This document shows, in pieces, positions 37,091 to 46,757 of a DNA stretch of 64,000 bases. A program made the translations under genes and the position numbers. The stretch's first letter is position 1, and the number at the start of each line of letters is the position of its first letter. This DNA comes from an uncultured Candidatus Saccharibacteria bacterium. Lineage in GTDB: Bacteria > Patescibacteriota > Saccharimonadia > Saccharimonadales > Saccharimonadaceae. Location of the stretch: the NCBI GenBank assembly GCA_964630185.1, contig CAZVTQ010000003.1:109175-173174 (forward strand), written 5' to 3'. A model generated the notes under the pieces. That model was given only the letters and a program-made list of their open reading frames with translations, ran no database searches and was not told where the DNA came from.

Positions 37091-38527
37091 ATGCATAATC
37101 CTAAACAACGCCAGCGTGATTTGGCAAAGCGCACATTGACATATGCGCTCATGACGCTATCTGTTATAGCCTTGGTGGTTGTTTCACTTTTTTTGGTGCT
37201 AGGCTACAGCGTTGATAGTGATGGGCAGCCTGAGCAGGGTGGTCTGATACAATTTCGTAGCTTCCCTACCGGCGCCACTGTGAACATTGATGGCGCAAAG
37301 CAGGACTTCACTACTAATGGCAAGAAAAACACCGGCGCAGGCTATCACAACGTTACTATGGAGCTTAAAAAATACAGATCTTGGGGTAAAAATTTCGATC
37401 TTGGCCGTGGTGAGTTGCTATGGCTAAATGCTCTACTTATTCCAAAACACATCACAACTTCTGAAGTGCAGTCTTTTGATCAGCTTAGCGGTGTTAAAGT
37501 TTCCCCAGACAAAAATTGGATTGCAGTAATTGAAAAATCAAATGAACCAAAGCTAAAAATAGTTGATATTCGCGATGAGAAAAAACCACGTGTCAGTGAA
37601 TTCACTATTCCTGAAGTTGTTGCCAAGCAAAATACTCCAGCAGACAACTTCAAAATTGTGGAGTGGGATTTTGGTTCACGCTACCTGCTCGTCAAGCACA
37701 CTAGTGGTGATAAAACTGAGTGGTTGCGCTTGGATAGGACCGACAATGCAAATAGTAAAAATATTTCTATACTAAAAAGCCTCAGTATCAGCGATGCTCA
37801 CTTTGTGGGTAATAGCGGCAATATATTCTATGTACTGGCTGGTGGTAATATTCACAAGATAGACATCTCAAACAATACTGAAACATTGAAAACTATTGCC
37901 GATAATGTAAGAGAGTTTGAACTGTACAAAGACAATACGATTGCCTATGTGGGTACCCAGTCTGGAAAACAAATCATCGGCTACTATAATGATGCAGACG
38001 CGAAGCCTCGTGAGGTTAAGTCATTTAAAGCAGATGAGCCGAACGTTCACACGGTTGTTAGCAACTATTTCAACGATGACTACCAAGCGGTATCTCACGG
38101 CACAGTGATTAATATCATAAAAGACCCGAAAGACAGCAAGCAGCAGTTTGCAACCTTTCAGCTGGCAAATGGTGTTCAATGGCTGTACTTCGCAAACAAT
38201 GGCCGATTTGTTGTTGCCCAAAACGGCTCTAACCTTTCGGTATATGATCTTGAACGGAAGCAAAACTTTGTATTTTCTATACCTAATAACCCTGTGTACG
38301 CCTCAGACCACCACCTTAAATGGCTCGACGATTTCCATCTTGTGAGCGATGCTGGTGGTACACTAACAATTTTTGAATATGACGGAACAAATGCCGAAAC
38401 TATAGGTAAGGTTTCTGAAGGCTACGACATAAGTTTGAGCGATAACGGAAAACGACTTTTCGACATTGCTCCAAACACAGTTACGGGCAAGCCTGCTTTG
38501 CAGTCTTCAGTAATGGTTATTGAATAA
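37091..38527 (+). CDS. PEGA-domain membrane-anchored protein with a beta-propeller-like C-terminal region
   Basis: Start set at the ATG at 37091. One TM helix, then a PEGA-like segment FRSFPTGATVNIDGAKQ...YHNVTMELKKYRSW. Confidence 0.6.
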   Translation: MHNPKQRQRDLAKRTLTYALMTLSVIALVVVSLFLVLGYSVDSDGQPEQGGLIQFRSFPTGATVNIDGAKQDFTTNGKKNTGAGYHNVTMELKKYRSWGKNFDLGRGELLWLNALLIPKHITTSEVQSFDQLSGVKVSPDKNWIAVIEKSNEPKLKIVDIRDEKKPRVSEFTIPEVVAKQNTPADNFKIVEWDFGSRYLLVKHTSGDKTEWLRLDRTDNANSKNISILKSLSISDAHFVGNSGNIFYVLAGGNIHKIDISNNTETLKTIADNVREFELYKDNTIAYVGTQSGKQIIGYYNDADAKPREVKSFKADEPNVHTVVSNYFNDDYQAVSHGTVINIIKDPKDSKQQFATFQLANGVQWLYFANNGRFVVAQNGSNLSVYDLERKQNFVFSIPNNPVYASDHHLKWLDDFHLVSDAGGTLTIFEYDGTNAETIGKVSEGYDISLSDNGKRLFDIAPNTVTGKPALQSSVMVIE

Positions 38528-38607
38528 CATTGACATTTTATAATGTTTATGTTAATATATAGATATGATGACATTTGTCATCACGAACCCAACTTTTAGG
38601 AGATACT

Positions 38608-39018
38608 ATGCGTTTGCCAATGCTTATGCTGATAACTGTTGCTGCCTGTGCGGGTTTGTACTTCAGCAACAGCGACAAACCATCCCCTCAGTTCACTTAC
38701 ACGCCACAGCATGTGGTATCCCAGGGGAAGGGCACGGTTTGCGCAGAGGATGAGCGCGATGATGCCTACCAGGTGACCATCAGGTCAAGTACCGGTAAGG
38801 TCACCAAGGCCTCACACCTACAGAAGTTCTATAACTCAGGTAGGAACAGTAAAGGCCAGCTTGTGTGGTTTTCAGACTCGTATGTCAGTAACCACAAAGC
38901 ATGCTCGCAGTACACAGCACCACGTGTCTCTCAGAAGACATACGTGACGTTGAGTGTCTGGCGAGATGGAGACAAGACCGACGAGGTCAAAGTCCCGATC
39001 ATTCCGATCCCCTACTGA
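38608..39018 (+). CDS. Hypothetical lipoprotein
   Basis: Start set at the ATG at 38608 (TAGGAGATACT upstream). Lipobox VAAC. GC-elevated. A terminator hairpin follows. Confidence 0.5.
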   Translation: MRLPMLMLITVAACAGLYFSNSDKPSPQFTYTPQHVVSQGKGTVCAEDERDDAYQVTIRSSTGKVTKASHLQKFYNSGRNSKGQLVWFSDSYVSNHKACSQYTAPRVSQKTYVTLSVWRDGDKTDEVKVPIIPIPY

Positions 39019-39075
39019 GGTTCATACCTTCGATCAAAAAGACCTCCTGGTCTTATGGTCGGGGGTCTTTTTCTT

Positions 39076-40275
39076 TTAGCGTATACCGAACAGTCGTTCG
39101 AGTGCTGATGGTGCGTCGCCACGTATCGATGTGGTTGAAGTTTGTTTGGACGGATCTGCTTTTGCAGCTTTAGACGGGTCTGGGCTGACTTGATCGGCAA
39201 ATACAAGCAGTCGCTTCAAAGCCGTTCCTGGAGGGTCACATGTTATCAAAATGAGGCTTGGTTTTGTTGGGTCGGTTGGAGTGACTTTCGATATTTCTTT
39301 AGGATCTATAATCTCTTTTTTTGTCACGCTATAGGTGTAACGAACGCCCTTGTAGTTTATGTAAATGTTATCACCTTCGCTGAGCTTACTGAGCTGGACG
39401 AATACGAACTTGTATTGACCGTCGTCAAAAACATCCATACTTGAGTGTCCTAGTATGGTCGTTGCGCCGTTTTGCCCTGGCACGCTAGCAGCGTTTGCTA
39501 TTGGGTAGTGTACAACACCATCACGGAGCTGGTCCTCCACTGTGTTGTTGTTGAGTGGGTCCACACCATAAATCATCGGCGCTTCAACGTTTATCTTAGG
39601 TATGATAAGTTTTGGCTCTGGTCCAACTTTTCCGCTAGAAGACGGGTCAACGATTATGTTTTGAGCATCAATACTACCTGGGCTGATATATGCGTGAACG
39701 GTCGCGAATAAGAATTGGTTGTACTGTAAGAATAAAAAGACAAAGGCGAATACCACGGCAGTCATGATGGGTGCATAGTGACGTGATTTTTTGACCTGGT
39801 CTGCCCTATCCTTAACAGTGCCAAGTAACTGGTCGCGTAGTTGAGCAACTGCTTGGTCTTCTTCACTGCCTTGCGGTGGTTCGTAACTAGCTATGATGCC
39901 AGTTTGGCTTGGTGTAGCAGCTTGTGTAGTAGGACTATTTTCCTTTTTAGCTCTTTGTTTAGCATTGTGTAGATGGTTTAGATAATAACGTTCGTAATAC
40001 TGCTGGTAGTATGATGCCCATGAGGTGTGGTATTTTTTCCAGTCTTCATTTAATTGGGCGCGAGATGGAGTGTTTTCTTGAGGCGCCTGGCTGGTTTCTG
40101 CGGATGTCGGAACTTCTGGAGTTTGTTGCTGTGATGAAGCCTGAACTTCTTTTTCGGCTTGAGCTAGAGGTGCGTCATCACCGTCATAGATACGATCTAA
40201 ATTGTCGCGAATAATATTTGCCGCGGCATTTCGATCGCTTAGGGAGTTTGATTTTTTTTGGTTGTCATTTTGCAT
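39076..40275 (-). CDS. Sortase-family transpeptidase with a long Q/S/P-rich N-terminal region
   Basis: TILGHSS (catalytic His), LILITCDPPG (TLxTC-type Cys) and a downstream R. One TM helix. Confidence 0.8.
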   Translation of the reverse strand: MQNDNQKKSNSLSDRNAAANIIRDNLDRIYDGDDAPLAQAEKEVQASSQQQTPEVPTSAETSQAPQENTPSRAQLNEDWKKYHTSWASYYQQYYERYYLNHLHNAKQRAKKENSPTTQAATPSQTGIIASYEPPQGSEEDQAVAQLRDQLLGTVKDRADQVKKSRHYAPIMTAVVFAFVFLFLQYNQFLFATVHAYISPGSIDAQNIIVDPSSSGKVGPEPKLIIPKINVEAPMIYGVDPLNNNTVEDQLRDGVVHYPIANAASVPGQNGATTILGHSSMDVFDDGQYKFVFVQLSKLSEGDNIYINYKGVRYTYSVTKKEIIDPKEISKVTPTDPTKPSLILITCDPPGTALKRLLVFADQVSPDPSKAAKADPSKQTSTTSIRGDAPSALERLFGIR

Positions 40276-40341
40276 AAAGAAGTATCTCCCACCGGAGTAC
40301 CTTTATTTTACCACGTGTGTAGAGTAAAATAAGGTGATTGA

Positions 40342-40429
40342 GCCGCGGTGGTGGAATTTGGTAGACACGCTAGACTCAAAATCTGGTGAGCATTAGCTCG
40401 TGCCGGTTCAAGTCCGGCCCGCGGTACCA
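40342..40429 (+). tRNA. tRNA-Leu (anticodon CAA), type II with long variable arm, CCA encoded
   Basis: GCCGCGGTGGTGGAATTTGGTAGACACGCTAGACTCAAAATCTGGTGAGCATTAGCTCGTGCCGGTTCAAGTCCGGCCCGCGGTACCA. Acceptor stem, anticodon loop CTCAAAA and T-arm GCCGG/CCGGC checked by hand. Confidence 0.9.
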
Positions 40430-40435
40430 TTTAAT

Positions 40436-40458
40436 AGCAACTTTCGAGTTGCTTTTTT
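40436..40458 (+). terminator. Intrinsic terminator after tRNA-Leu
   Basis: AGCAACT-TTCG-AGTTGCT followed by TTTTTT. Confidence 0.7.
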
Positions 40459-41245
40459 ATTTCAGCAAACTTGAGGTGGTTGCCTCGAATATTTGGTCGG
40501 GAGTCCATAGCCAGTAGCTGGCTGCCCTTGTTGCGGTGCGTCCACGCCAAATTTCCATAGCGTTTGTCCACGGTGTGCTAGATACTTTGCCCTGTGAGGC
40601 AATGACGATATTTTCGTTGTGCAGCACCATAAGCGTGACTGGGTATGTAATGGTGAATTTATGTAATGTATCTACAAATGCATTTAGTGGCATAGAAAAG
40701 GTCAGTACTTTCGGATAATACACGCCGCTAAAGAGCTTTTGGATTTGAGCAAAAGACATGACTAGCAGTGTATTTGGACGTTCAACTACTTTCGGGTAGT
40801 TGTTTTTTATGAGGTCTACCGCATCTCGAGTGATAGTGATCGGGATGTCAGTTTTATCAATCAGCTTTTCGTATAAAATTGCAGTTTCACTATTTCGCCC
40901 AGCATCGCCTGGCAGCAATATACCATCCGCCCAGTCTGCAGCAGCTGCAAAATCCGACCAAGCGTCTTTACTGAATCCGCCAGAAGGATTGCTTTTTAGT
41001 AGCGATGCCTCGGCTAAGTTTGTCGGTAGTGTTTTTTTGAGGCTGTCAGGCATCAGTACACGTACTTCACCTACTCCCATATCTAGTGCCACAGAATAGC
41101 TCTCGGCTACGGCAATAAAGCCTTGTGCATGTCCACCAATGACCATGAGCTTGCCTGCTCGATTTTTTTGCTCAGGTTTACTCCACTCTATATCAGGAAA
41201 AAGCGGCTTGGTGGGAGTTTGTTTGAGCCAGTAGCTAAAGTCCAT
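40457..41245 (-). CDS. YjeF_C-like (carbohydrate-kinase fold, NAD(P)HX-dehydratase-related) protein, possibly degenerate
   Basis: The N-terminal pattern NRAGKLMVIGGHAQGFIAVAESYSVALDMGVGEVRVLMP fits the family. I could not see the C-terminal GxGD motif. Confidence 0.45.
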   Translation of the reverse strand: MDFSYWLKQTPTKPLFPDIEWSKPEQKNRAGKLMVIGGHAQGFIAVAESYSVALDMGVGEVRVLMPDSLKKTLPTNLAEASLLKSNPSGGFSKDAWSDFAAAADWADGILLPGDAGRNSETAILYEKLIDKTDIPITITRDAVDLIKNNYPKVVERPNTLLVMSFAQIQKLFSGVYYPKVLTFSMPLNAFVDTLHKFTITYPVTLMVLHNENIVIASQGKVSSTPWTNAMEIWRGRTATRAASYWLWTPDQIFEATTSSLLK

Positions 41246-41262
41246 GCTTTTATTGTATCAGT

Positions 41263-41991
41263 TCACGTTTTGAAGACTGTGGTGTTAGCGAGTACAAGTT
41301 CACCATCTTTTTGTGCAAATTCATATGCAATATTTTTGCGCTCAATAACAATTTTCCAGTTGGACTGTTTGGCATGTTCGAAAAGGCCTTCCGAGGGGTC
41401 GAACGCAATAGGTTTTTCGACGCTGCTAAGTAGCGGTATATCCCCGTCTGAGTCTCCAATTGCTACACTACCCTCGGTTGTCAGGCCATGTTCTGCTATT
41501 AACTCTTTTAAAATAGCGTCTTTTCTACCAATTGTTGAGTGTTGTATTTCACCGGTGAAGCGTCCATCTTTTTGTTCGTATACAACACCAACTACTATGT
41601 CGAAGTCGTAGCGAGAACAAAATGGTTCGAGCATCTCCTGCTGCGAGCCGCTAATTGCGATTATTTTATAGCCCTCGTTTTTTAGATCAGTTATGAGCTT
41701 ACGTGGGTAAAAATGAACTTTATGAGCACTCTGAGCAACTACTTTATCGCAAGCAGCTTGGTAGACAGGTACAGGTATGAGTGGTAAATAATGCACAAGT
41801 GTTTTTACAACTAAACTCTCGTAGTCGTGAAAGCTCATTTCTCCACCTCGCCATTTGTTCCATGCGGTATCTATTTCGCTAAACGTGTTTTTTGGGAATA
41901 CATCGGCAATAGTTAGCTGTACCACAAGTTCATGGAATAGCTGCCAACGAAAAAGTGTTCCGTCGATATCAAAAACTGCAAACTTACTCAT
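41263..41991 (-). CDS. HAD-IB (SerB-like) family hydrolase
   Basis: Motif I FAVFDIDGTLF, motif II ISGSQ, motif IV AIGDSDGDIPLL. Confidence 0.8.
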   Translation of the reverse strand: MSKFAVFDIDGTLFRWQLFHELVVQLTIADVFPKNTFSEIDTAWNKWRGGEMSFHDYESLVVKTLVHYLPLIPVPVYQAACDKVVAQSAHKVHFYPRKLITDLKNEGYKIIAISGSQQEMLEPFCSRYDFDIVVGVVYEQKDGRFTGEIQHSTIGRKDAILKELIAEHGLTTEGSVAIGDSDGDIPLLSSVEKPIAFDPSEGLFEHAKQSNWKIVIERKNIAYEFAQKDGELVLANTTVFKT

Positions 41992-42511
41992 TTACTACCT
42001 CTTGATTCATATTTTGTGTGGGTATACTGCCAGAAAAAGCTTCAACTTCTTTGACATCATGAGTGAGCATCGAGTTGTCGCTTGCGAAAGTATACTTACC
42101 AACTATTTTTTTGCCTTCAAGAACTAGCGGTAGCCAAACAGGGTCGTCTTGCCACATAGAGTTGTATGGAATATCTGATGTCTTAAACCACTGAGGAGCC
42201 ATTTCTTCACTCTCTGTCGGCTCACCCTCCCACTCGGAGCTGATATATACGTGAACATACATGTGGTACGGCTGGTCGGTGTCTGTATCCATGAAAAAGT
42301 CTTGTTCTGCGACTTTGTCGTATGTGATTGGCGTAACACTTATTTCTTCCTGAGTTTCGCGTACAAGAGTTTGTTCTATAGTTTCATTAGGCTCTATCTT
42401 GCCACCTGCTCCGTTCCAGTGACCCTTGCCAAAACCACGCTTTTTCATAGCAAGTAATATTTCATCATCACGACGCAAAAAAAGCAGTGTGCAAACTTTA
42501 TCGTTACTCAT
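41984..42511 (-). CDS. NUDIX hydrolase (MutT-like)
   Basis: NUDIX box GAGGKIEPNETIEQTLVRETQEEISV. Start set at the ATG at 42511, overlapping the upstream stop (ATGAGTAA). Confidence 0.85.
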   Translation of the reverse strand: MSNDKVCTLLFLRRDDEILLAMKKRGFGKGHWNGAGGKIEPNETIEQTLVRETQEEISVTPITYDKVAEQDFFMDTDTDQPYHMYVHVYISSEWEGEPTESEEMAPQWFKTSDIPYNSMWQDDPVWLPLVLEGKKIVGKYTFASDNSMLTHDVKEVEAFSGSIPTQNMNQEVVNE

Positions 42512-43238
42512 GCCGCATCCTCTCAAGCTCTCTTTTTGCAGCAATCTTCATAAGTCCGATGCTATCTCGAGTTTTATAGTTTGTTGTATCAAAATCTTCT
42601 CTTTGTGTAAGATTCACGATAGATCGGGCAATTTCTATGCCCTTATTGGTCTCGTTTTTATAAACAGGAAATGTAGCTAGATTATTTTCAAGATAACCAA
42701 GAACTTTCAAGGCTTCGTGCAGCCTTTCGCCGTAGTCGAAATCTTTTTTTCTGGGCTGGAGCCTCTCTATCCATTGATCGGCTGGTGCGTATAGTCCCAC
42801 AGGAATGACTCGACGATATCCCACTTGGCCAAACTGCCCAACACTGTCCGCAAGTGCTGGGGTGATGATATGGTCGGTTGGTTGACTGGCGATATCACTC
42901 CCATACAACTCTCCTGTAAATTGGTGGCGATGAAATTGTACCAACTCGCCTTCCATCACTTTTTGCGCGAATTCTTCTACAGCTACACCTGTACGGTAGT
43001 TTTCCGGATCATCTGGTTTCGGTGGTCTTGTCGAAATAGTACCAAGTTCTGAAAAGCTCGGGTCAGTTTCAGTAACACGACGACTTATGAAGGATTTACC
43101 CACACCAGCTGGTCCAATAACAAGAATTATTGATTTTTGAGCAATTGCCGCCTGTACCTCAGTGTTTGGCTCGTAGTTCTTTGCTCGCTCTCCTACCCAC
43201 TCAAAAAGCTTTTGGTCTTTTTGACTCACGCTGTTCAT
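42504..43238 (-). CDS. Guanylate-kinase-like P-loop protein
   Basis: Walker A GPAGVGKS, then TSTRPPKPDDPENYRTGVAVEEF...GELYGS, which resembles the guanylate-kinase GMP-binding region. Confidence 0.55.
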   Translation of the reverse strand: MNSVSQKDQKLFEWVGERAKNYEPNTEVQAAIAQKSIILVIGPAGVGKSFISRRVTETDPSFSELGTISTRPPKPDDPENYRTGVAVEEFAQKVMEGELVQFHRHQFTGELYGSDIASQPTDHIITPALADSVGQFGQVGYRRVIPVGLYAPADQWIERLQPRKKDFDYGERLHEALKVLGYLENNLATFPVYKNETNKGIEIARSIVNLTQREDFDTTNYKTRDSIGLMKIAAKRELERMRHE

Positions 43239-43615
43239 AGGCCGCTTTTTTTATGCTTTAATTTCGCGTCCAGCCAGTTTTTTCTTGCTTCTTCTCTGTC
43301 TACGCCTTTAAACTTCTCTGCTGGATATTTCTTTTTTACCTTCTCGAGCTTTTTTATTATTTCTTCAGCTATATCAATATCTAAGTTTTGTGCAAGCTGA
43401 AATGAATATAAAAAGATATCGGCTAGTTCTTCTGCTACTTCATCACGTGTACCAACAGGATCATCTCGCCATTGGTAATGTTCTAACAGCTCACTGGCTT
43501 CAAGACTGATTGATATTGCAAGTCCGCGCTGAGTGTTGTTGCCCCAATCACGCTCTTCGAGGTACTCATGTATAAGAGTTGATATTTCCTGAAAAGATCT
43601 TTTAGATTGTGTCAT
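43235..43615 (-). CDS. MazG-like nucleotide pyrophosphohydrolase
   Basis: EASELLEHYQW...EVAEELADIFLYSF is the all-alpha NTP-PPase EExxE/D motif pair. Confidence 0.8.
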   Translation of the reverse strand: MTQSKRSFQEISTLIHEYLEERDWGNNTQRGLAISISLEASELLEHYQWRDDPVGTRDEVAEELADIFLYSFQLAQNLDIDIAEEIIKKLEKVKKKYPAEKFKGVDREEARKNWLDAKLKHKKSGL

Positions 43616-44409
43616 AGCTCCACCTCAATACTCACGGGACAGTGGTCGGAACCCATAACTTTGGGGTGTATTTCGGCTGCTTTTATGGCGTCTTTTAGCT
43701 TGGAGCTGGCCATCCAGTAGTCAATACGCCAGCCAACATTTCGGGCCCTAGCATTTGCCCAGTTGGTCCACCATGTGAAAGCTTCGGTTCGGTCTGGGTA
43801 GAATATGCGAAACGTATCGATAAATCCGGCATCGACAAAATCTTGAAAGCGTTCACGCTCTTCGTTTGTAAAGCCATGTTTACCTACATTTTCTTTTGGC
43901 CGAGCTAGGTCAATTTCCTTGTGTGCAACATTGAGGTCGCCGCAAAAAAGGACCGGTTTGGTTTTTTCAAGTGATTGCACATACTCCAAGAATGCTGGGT
44001 CCCAAGCTTCGTAGCGAAGTTTGAGTCGACCTAAATCGCCTTTTGAATTTGGAGTATAAACCGTTACAACCCATAACTTTTCAAATTCGGCAGCTGTCAC
44101 CCGACCTTCGTCGTTTGGGTCGCCAAAGCCGTCTTTCAAGTTGTACTTGTTCGCAATTTCATCTGGGAAGTTGTTGATAACTTGCAATGGTTTTGTTTTG
44201 CTAAATATCGCAGTAGATGAATAACCTTTTTTTGTCGCACTATTCCAATATTCGTGATAGCCAGGTAGATCAATCTCTACTTGGTCACGGTGGGCTTTGG
44301 TTTCTTGTAGACATAGAACGTCGGGGTCGTGTTCTTCTAGGAATGGTTGAAAAGCGCCTTTGTTCAGTACGGCGCGGATGCCATTTACGTTCCAAGAATA
44401 TAACTTCAT
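43612..44409 (-). CDS. xth: Exodeoxyribonuclease III
   Basis: MKLYSWNVNGIRA, LCLQETKA, CGDLNVAH and SDHCPV. Confidence 0.95.
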   Translation of the reverse strand: MKLYSWNVNGIRAVLNKGAFQPFLEEHDPDVLCLQETKAHRDQVEIDLPGYHEYWNSATKKGYSSTAIFSKTKPLQVINNFPDEIANKYNLKDGFGDPNDEGRVTAAEFEKLWVVTVYTPNSKGDLGRLKLRYEAWDPAFLEYVQSLEKTKPVLFCGDLNVAHKEIDLARPKENVGKHGFTNEERERFQDFVDAGFIDTFRIFYPDRTEAFTWWTNWANARARNVGWRIDYWMASSKLKDAIKAAEIHPKVMGSDHCPVSIEVEL

Positions 44410-44447
44410 TATTCTTATTGTAACAGATACGGTACAATATATCTCTA

Positions 44448-44981
44448 ATGAATATTGTAGAGATTTTAAAAAATGACGGCGTTGGAGTTATTGCGACCGA
44501 CACGGTATATGGCGTGGTTGCTCGTCTTGATTCTCCAGTGGCCGTTGAGCGCATATATCAAGTGAAGCAGCGCAACCCAAATAAACCTGTTGGTACAGTT
44601 TTGATTGCCTCGACTGATCAGCTAAAAGGTATCGTCGAAGAAAATCTCTTGGCTAAGGTTGCACATTATTGGCCGGGACCGGTAAGTGTCATCTTGCCAG
44701 TTGGCGATAATCTTGAGTATGCACACAAAGGATTTGCTAGTCTTCCCTTTCGCATTCCAGATGACGAAAGTTTGGTAGAGTTTTTGCACCAGACAGGCCC
44801 TCTGGCAACGTCTAGTGCGAATATAGAATCGCGTCCACCTGCAGCTACAATCGAGCAAGCGAGACAATATTTTGACGATACAGTGGATTTTTACAAGGAT
44901 GGTGGCAATTTGTCGGCTAGGACGCCTTCTCGGATAATTCAAATATCAGAAGATGGCACAGAACAAGAAATAAGGTCTTAA
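44448..44981 (+). CDS. tsaC: L-threonylcarbamoyladenylate synthase (YrdC/TsaC type)
   Basis: IATDTVYGVVARLDSPVAVERIYQVKQRNPNKP, YWPGPVSVIL, PLATSSAN. Confidence 0.85.
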   Translation: MNIVEILKNDGVGVIATDTVYGVVARLDSPVAVERIYQVKQRNPNKPVGTVLIASTDQLKGIVEENLLAKVAHYWPGPVSVILPVGDNLEYAHKGFASLPFRIPDDESLVEFLHQTGPLATSSANIESRPPAATIEQARQYFDDTVDFYKDGGNLSARTPSRIIQISEDGTEQEIRS

Positions 44982-44991
44982 AATGAAAACG

Positions 44992-45022
44992 CCCCGTGTA
45001 AAAACACGGGGACTTGAGTTTT
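44992..45022. terminator. Hairpin terminator after tsaC
   Basis: CCCCGTGT-AAAA-ACACGGGG, with T-rich sequence on both sides. Confidence 0.6.
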
Positions 45023-45024
45023 GC

Positions 45025-45227
45025 GGCGATGCCGCCTTGTCACAGGGACCATTGGGTAACTCGTAGATCGTAGGGTGTCTAGGGCCTAGGCCAGTGAAGG
45101 ATATCTTCTTATTGACTCTTACGATGAACGCAATCACGTTTATGGTGTGATCCAAGGCGGCATTTTCGCCACTGCAGTGGTAGGACACTCAGGTTTGCAA
45201 CGCAGATAACCTGAGGGTGTCTCTTTT
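45025..45227 (+). ncRNA. Candidate sRNA of about 200 nt (rod-like closing stem plus strong terminator), identity unknown
   Basis: GGCGATGCCGCCTTG (45025-45039) pairs with CAAGGCGGCATTTTCGCC (45153-45170). The CCACTGCAGTGG hairpin follows. GGACACTCAGGTT-(12 nt)-AACCTGAGGGTGTC is followed by TCTTTT. The overlapping 80-aa minus-strand ORF has no support. Confidence 0.4.
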
Positions 45228-45486
45228 GGCATTTTTTATGAGGCCAGCTGAGACGCTGCATATTTTAGACGCGGACGGCTGTGAGGAGCTGTTTTCTATT
45301 CGTGTGATGAGCATGAAAACAGTTAGCTCTTCTTTGCTTGTCGTTGTCTTTACCTTTTGAAGGACATGCCGAAGTGATCAAATGAACACCTCAACAATAA
45401 AGCCTATACTACTCTTTAGTCTTGTAAGTGTCAAGGATTATTATCTACAAAATCAAAATAGACTACATCCAAACCACAACATATAA

Positions 45487-45515
45487 TTGACTTTTCTCTG
45501 TAAAATAGGTATTAT
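45487..45515 (+). promoter_or_regulatory. Candidate promoter TTGACT-N17-TATTAT upstream of the ParB-like gene
   Basis: The -35 is at 45487-45492 and the -10 at 45510-45515. This implies a hairpin-rich leader of about 165 nt before the ATG at 45687. Confidence 0.45.
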
Positions 45516-45686
45516 AATTATTAATTCTCTTCTTGAGAGTATTCCTGTGTATACAGGTGGTTCGTACGCTCAAGAGCATACACGAATAACGAGTTTTTGG
45601 TCCTCTAAAACCAATGTTCATTAACAAACGGGTTGCTACAGCTTGCTAAGCAAGCAATGCATACCCCTTGTCAAAAGGAGCCAGAA

Positions 45687-46757
45687 ATGGCTGAAAAACG
45701 CGAATCAGTAAAAGTGATCAACGCGGCGCTTGATGAAACTCCCCAGGGGGAAATCATTTTGCGTGGTGTTGTATCGGCCGACAGTCTGAAGCTGCTCAAG
45801 GTGGATGATTATCAGCGTGAAGTGCTCTCGACCAAGAAAGTCATGGAACTCAAGGAGGCTCTCCGTATTGGCAGTGTCCCAGCAATTACGTTGGGAATGC
45901 GCGGAGAGTCTTTCAGGGAACGTGATGGCAACTGGTACCTCGACGACGATGTTTACATCATCGACGGTCTCCAGCGCGTAACGGGTGGTCTTCAGCTACT
46001 CGCTGAAGATTCTGGTACGGAGCCTCACATTGGTGTGGAAATCCACTTCGGCACCACTCAGCAGTCGGAGCGTGGAATGTTTTCGAAGCTGAACATCTCT
46101 CAGTCCAAACTGAGTAGCAATGTCACGCTTCGAAACGCACGACACGAATACCCCGTCATGAACACCCTCTACCGTCTGACGACGGAAAAGGCGTTTGTGA
46201 TGAACGGCCGCGTCTGCTGGAACCAGTCGATGAAGCGTGACGACTTGATCAGTGCGGTGACGTTCATCAAGGTTGTCGCCATGCTGCACTCTCACGCGGG
46301 GCCAGGTCGTGGAAATAACACGGCTGAAATTCCGAAGGGACTGGAGAAGATCGTCGACAATGTCGGTAGAAATATTTTTGCCGACAATGTGCGGACATTC
46401 TTCGACATCGTTGACCAGTGCTGGGGCGTTCAGCGTGTTGCATACAGAGAAGGTGCGGCGTACATGCGCTCGAACTTCCTGATGCAGCTTGCACGAGTGC
46501 TTTCTGATCACCCGATCTTCTGGGACGAGGATCGTCTGTGTGTAAACAGATCTGAGATCAAGAAGCTGAGCGCATTTCCGACCTCAGACCCTGAGATCGC
46601 TCGTCTTGCTTCGTCGAGTGGGTCTGCTGCCGTTGAACTGCTGTACATGGTGATGGTGAAACACATCAACAGCGGCAAACGGACGCGTCGATTGGTTGCA
46701 CGCCGATCTGCAAACGATGTTCCCATCGAAGGAGTGGACGGTAATGACCATGAATGA
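45687..46757 (+). CDS. ParB/Srx-fold protein of the DUF262 / DGQHR (DndB-like) type
   Basis: Start set at the ATG at 45687 (AAAGGAG upstream). LKVDDYQREV...(40 aa)...VYIIDGLQRVTGGLQLL reproduces the YQR ... DGQQR-T pattern of DUF262/DndB-like ParB-fold domains. No HNH/DUF1524 motif is visible in the C-terminal half. Confidence 0.6.
   Translation: MAEKRESVKVINAALDETPQGEIILRGVVSADSLKLLKVDDYQREVLSTKKVMELKEALRIGSVPAITLGMRGESFRERDGNWYLDDDVYIIDGLQRVTGGLQLLAEDSGTEPHIGVEIHFGTTQQSERGMFSKLNISQSKLSSNVTLRNARHEYPVMNTLYRLTTEKAFVMNGRVCWNQSMKRDDLISAVTFIKVVAMLHSHAGPGRGNNTAEIPKGLEKIVDNVGRNIFADNVRTFFDIVDQCWGVQRVAYREGAAYMRSNFLMQLARVLSDHPIFWDEDRLCVNRSEIKKLSAFPTSDPEIARLASSSGSAAVELLYMVMVKHINSGKRTRRLVARRSANDVPIEGVDGNDHE

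Noticed and set aside
44946-45188. 80-aa minus-strand ORF downstream of tsaC.
   Set aside because: It spans the tsaC terminator and the long helices of the candidate sRNA. It has no RBS and no motifs.
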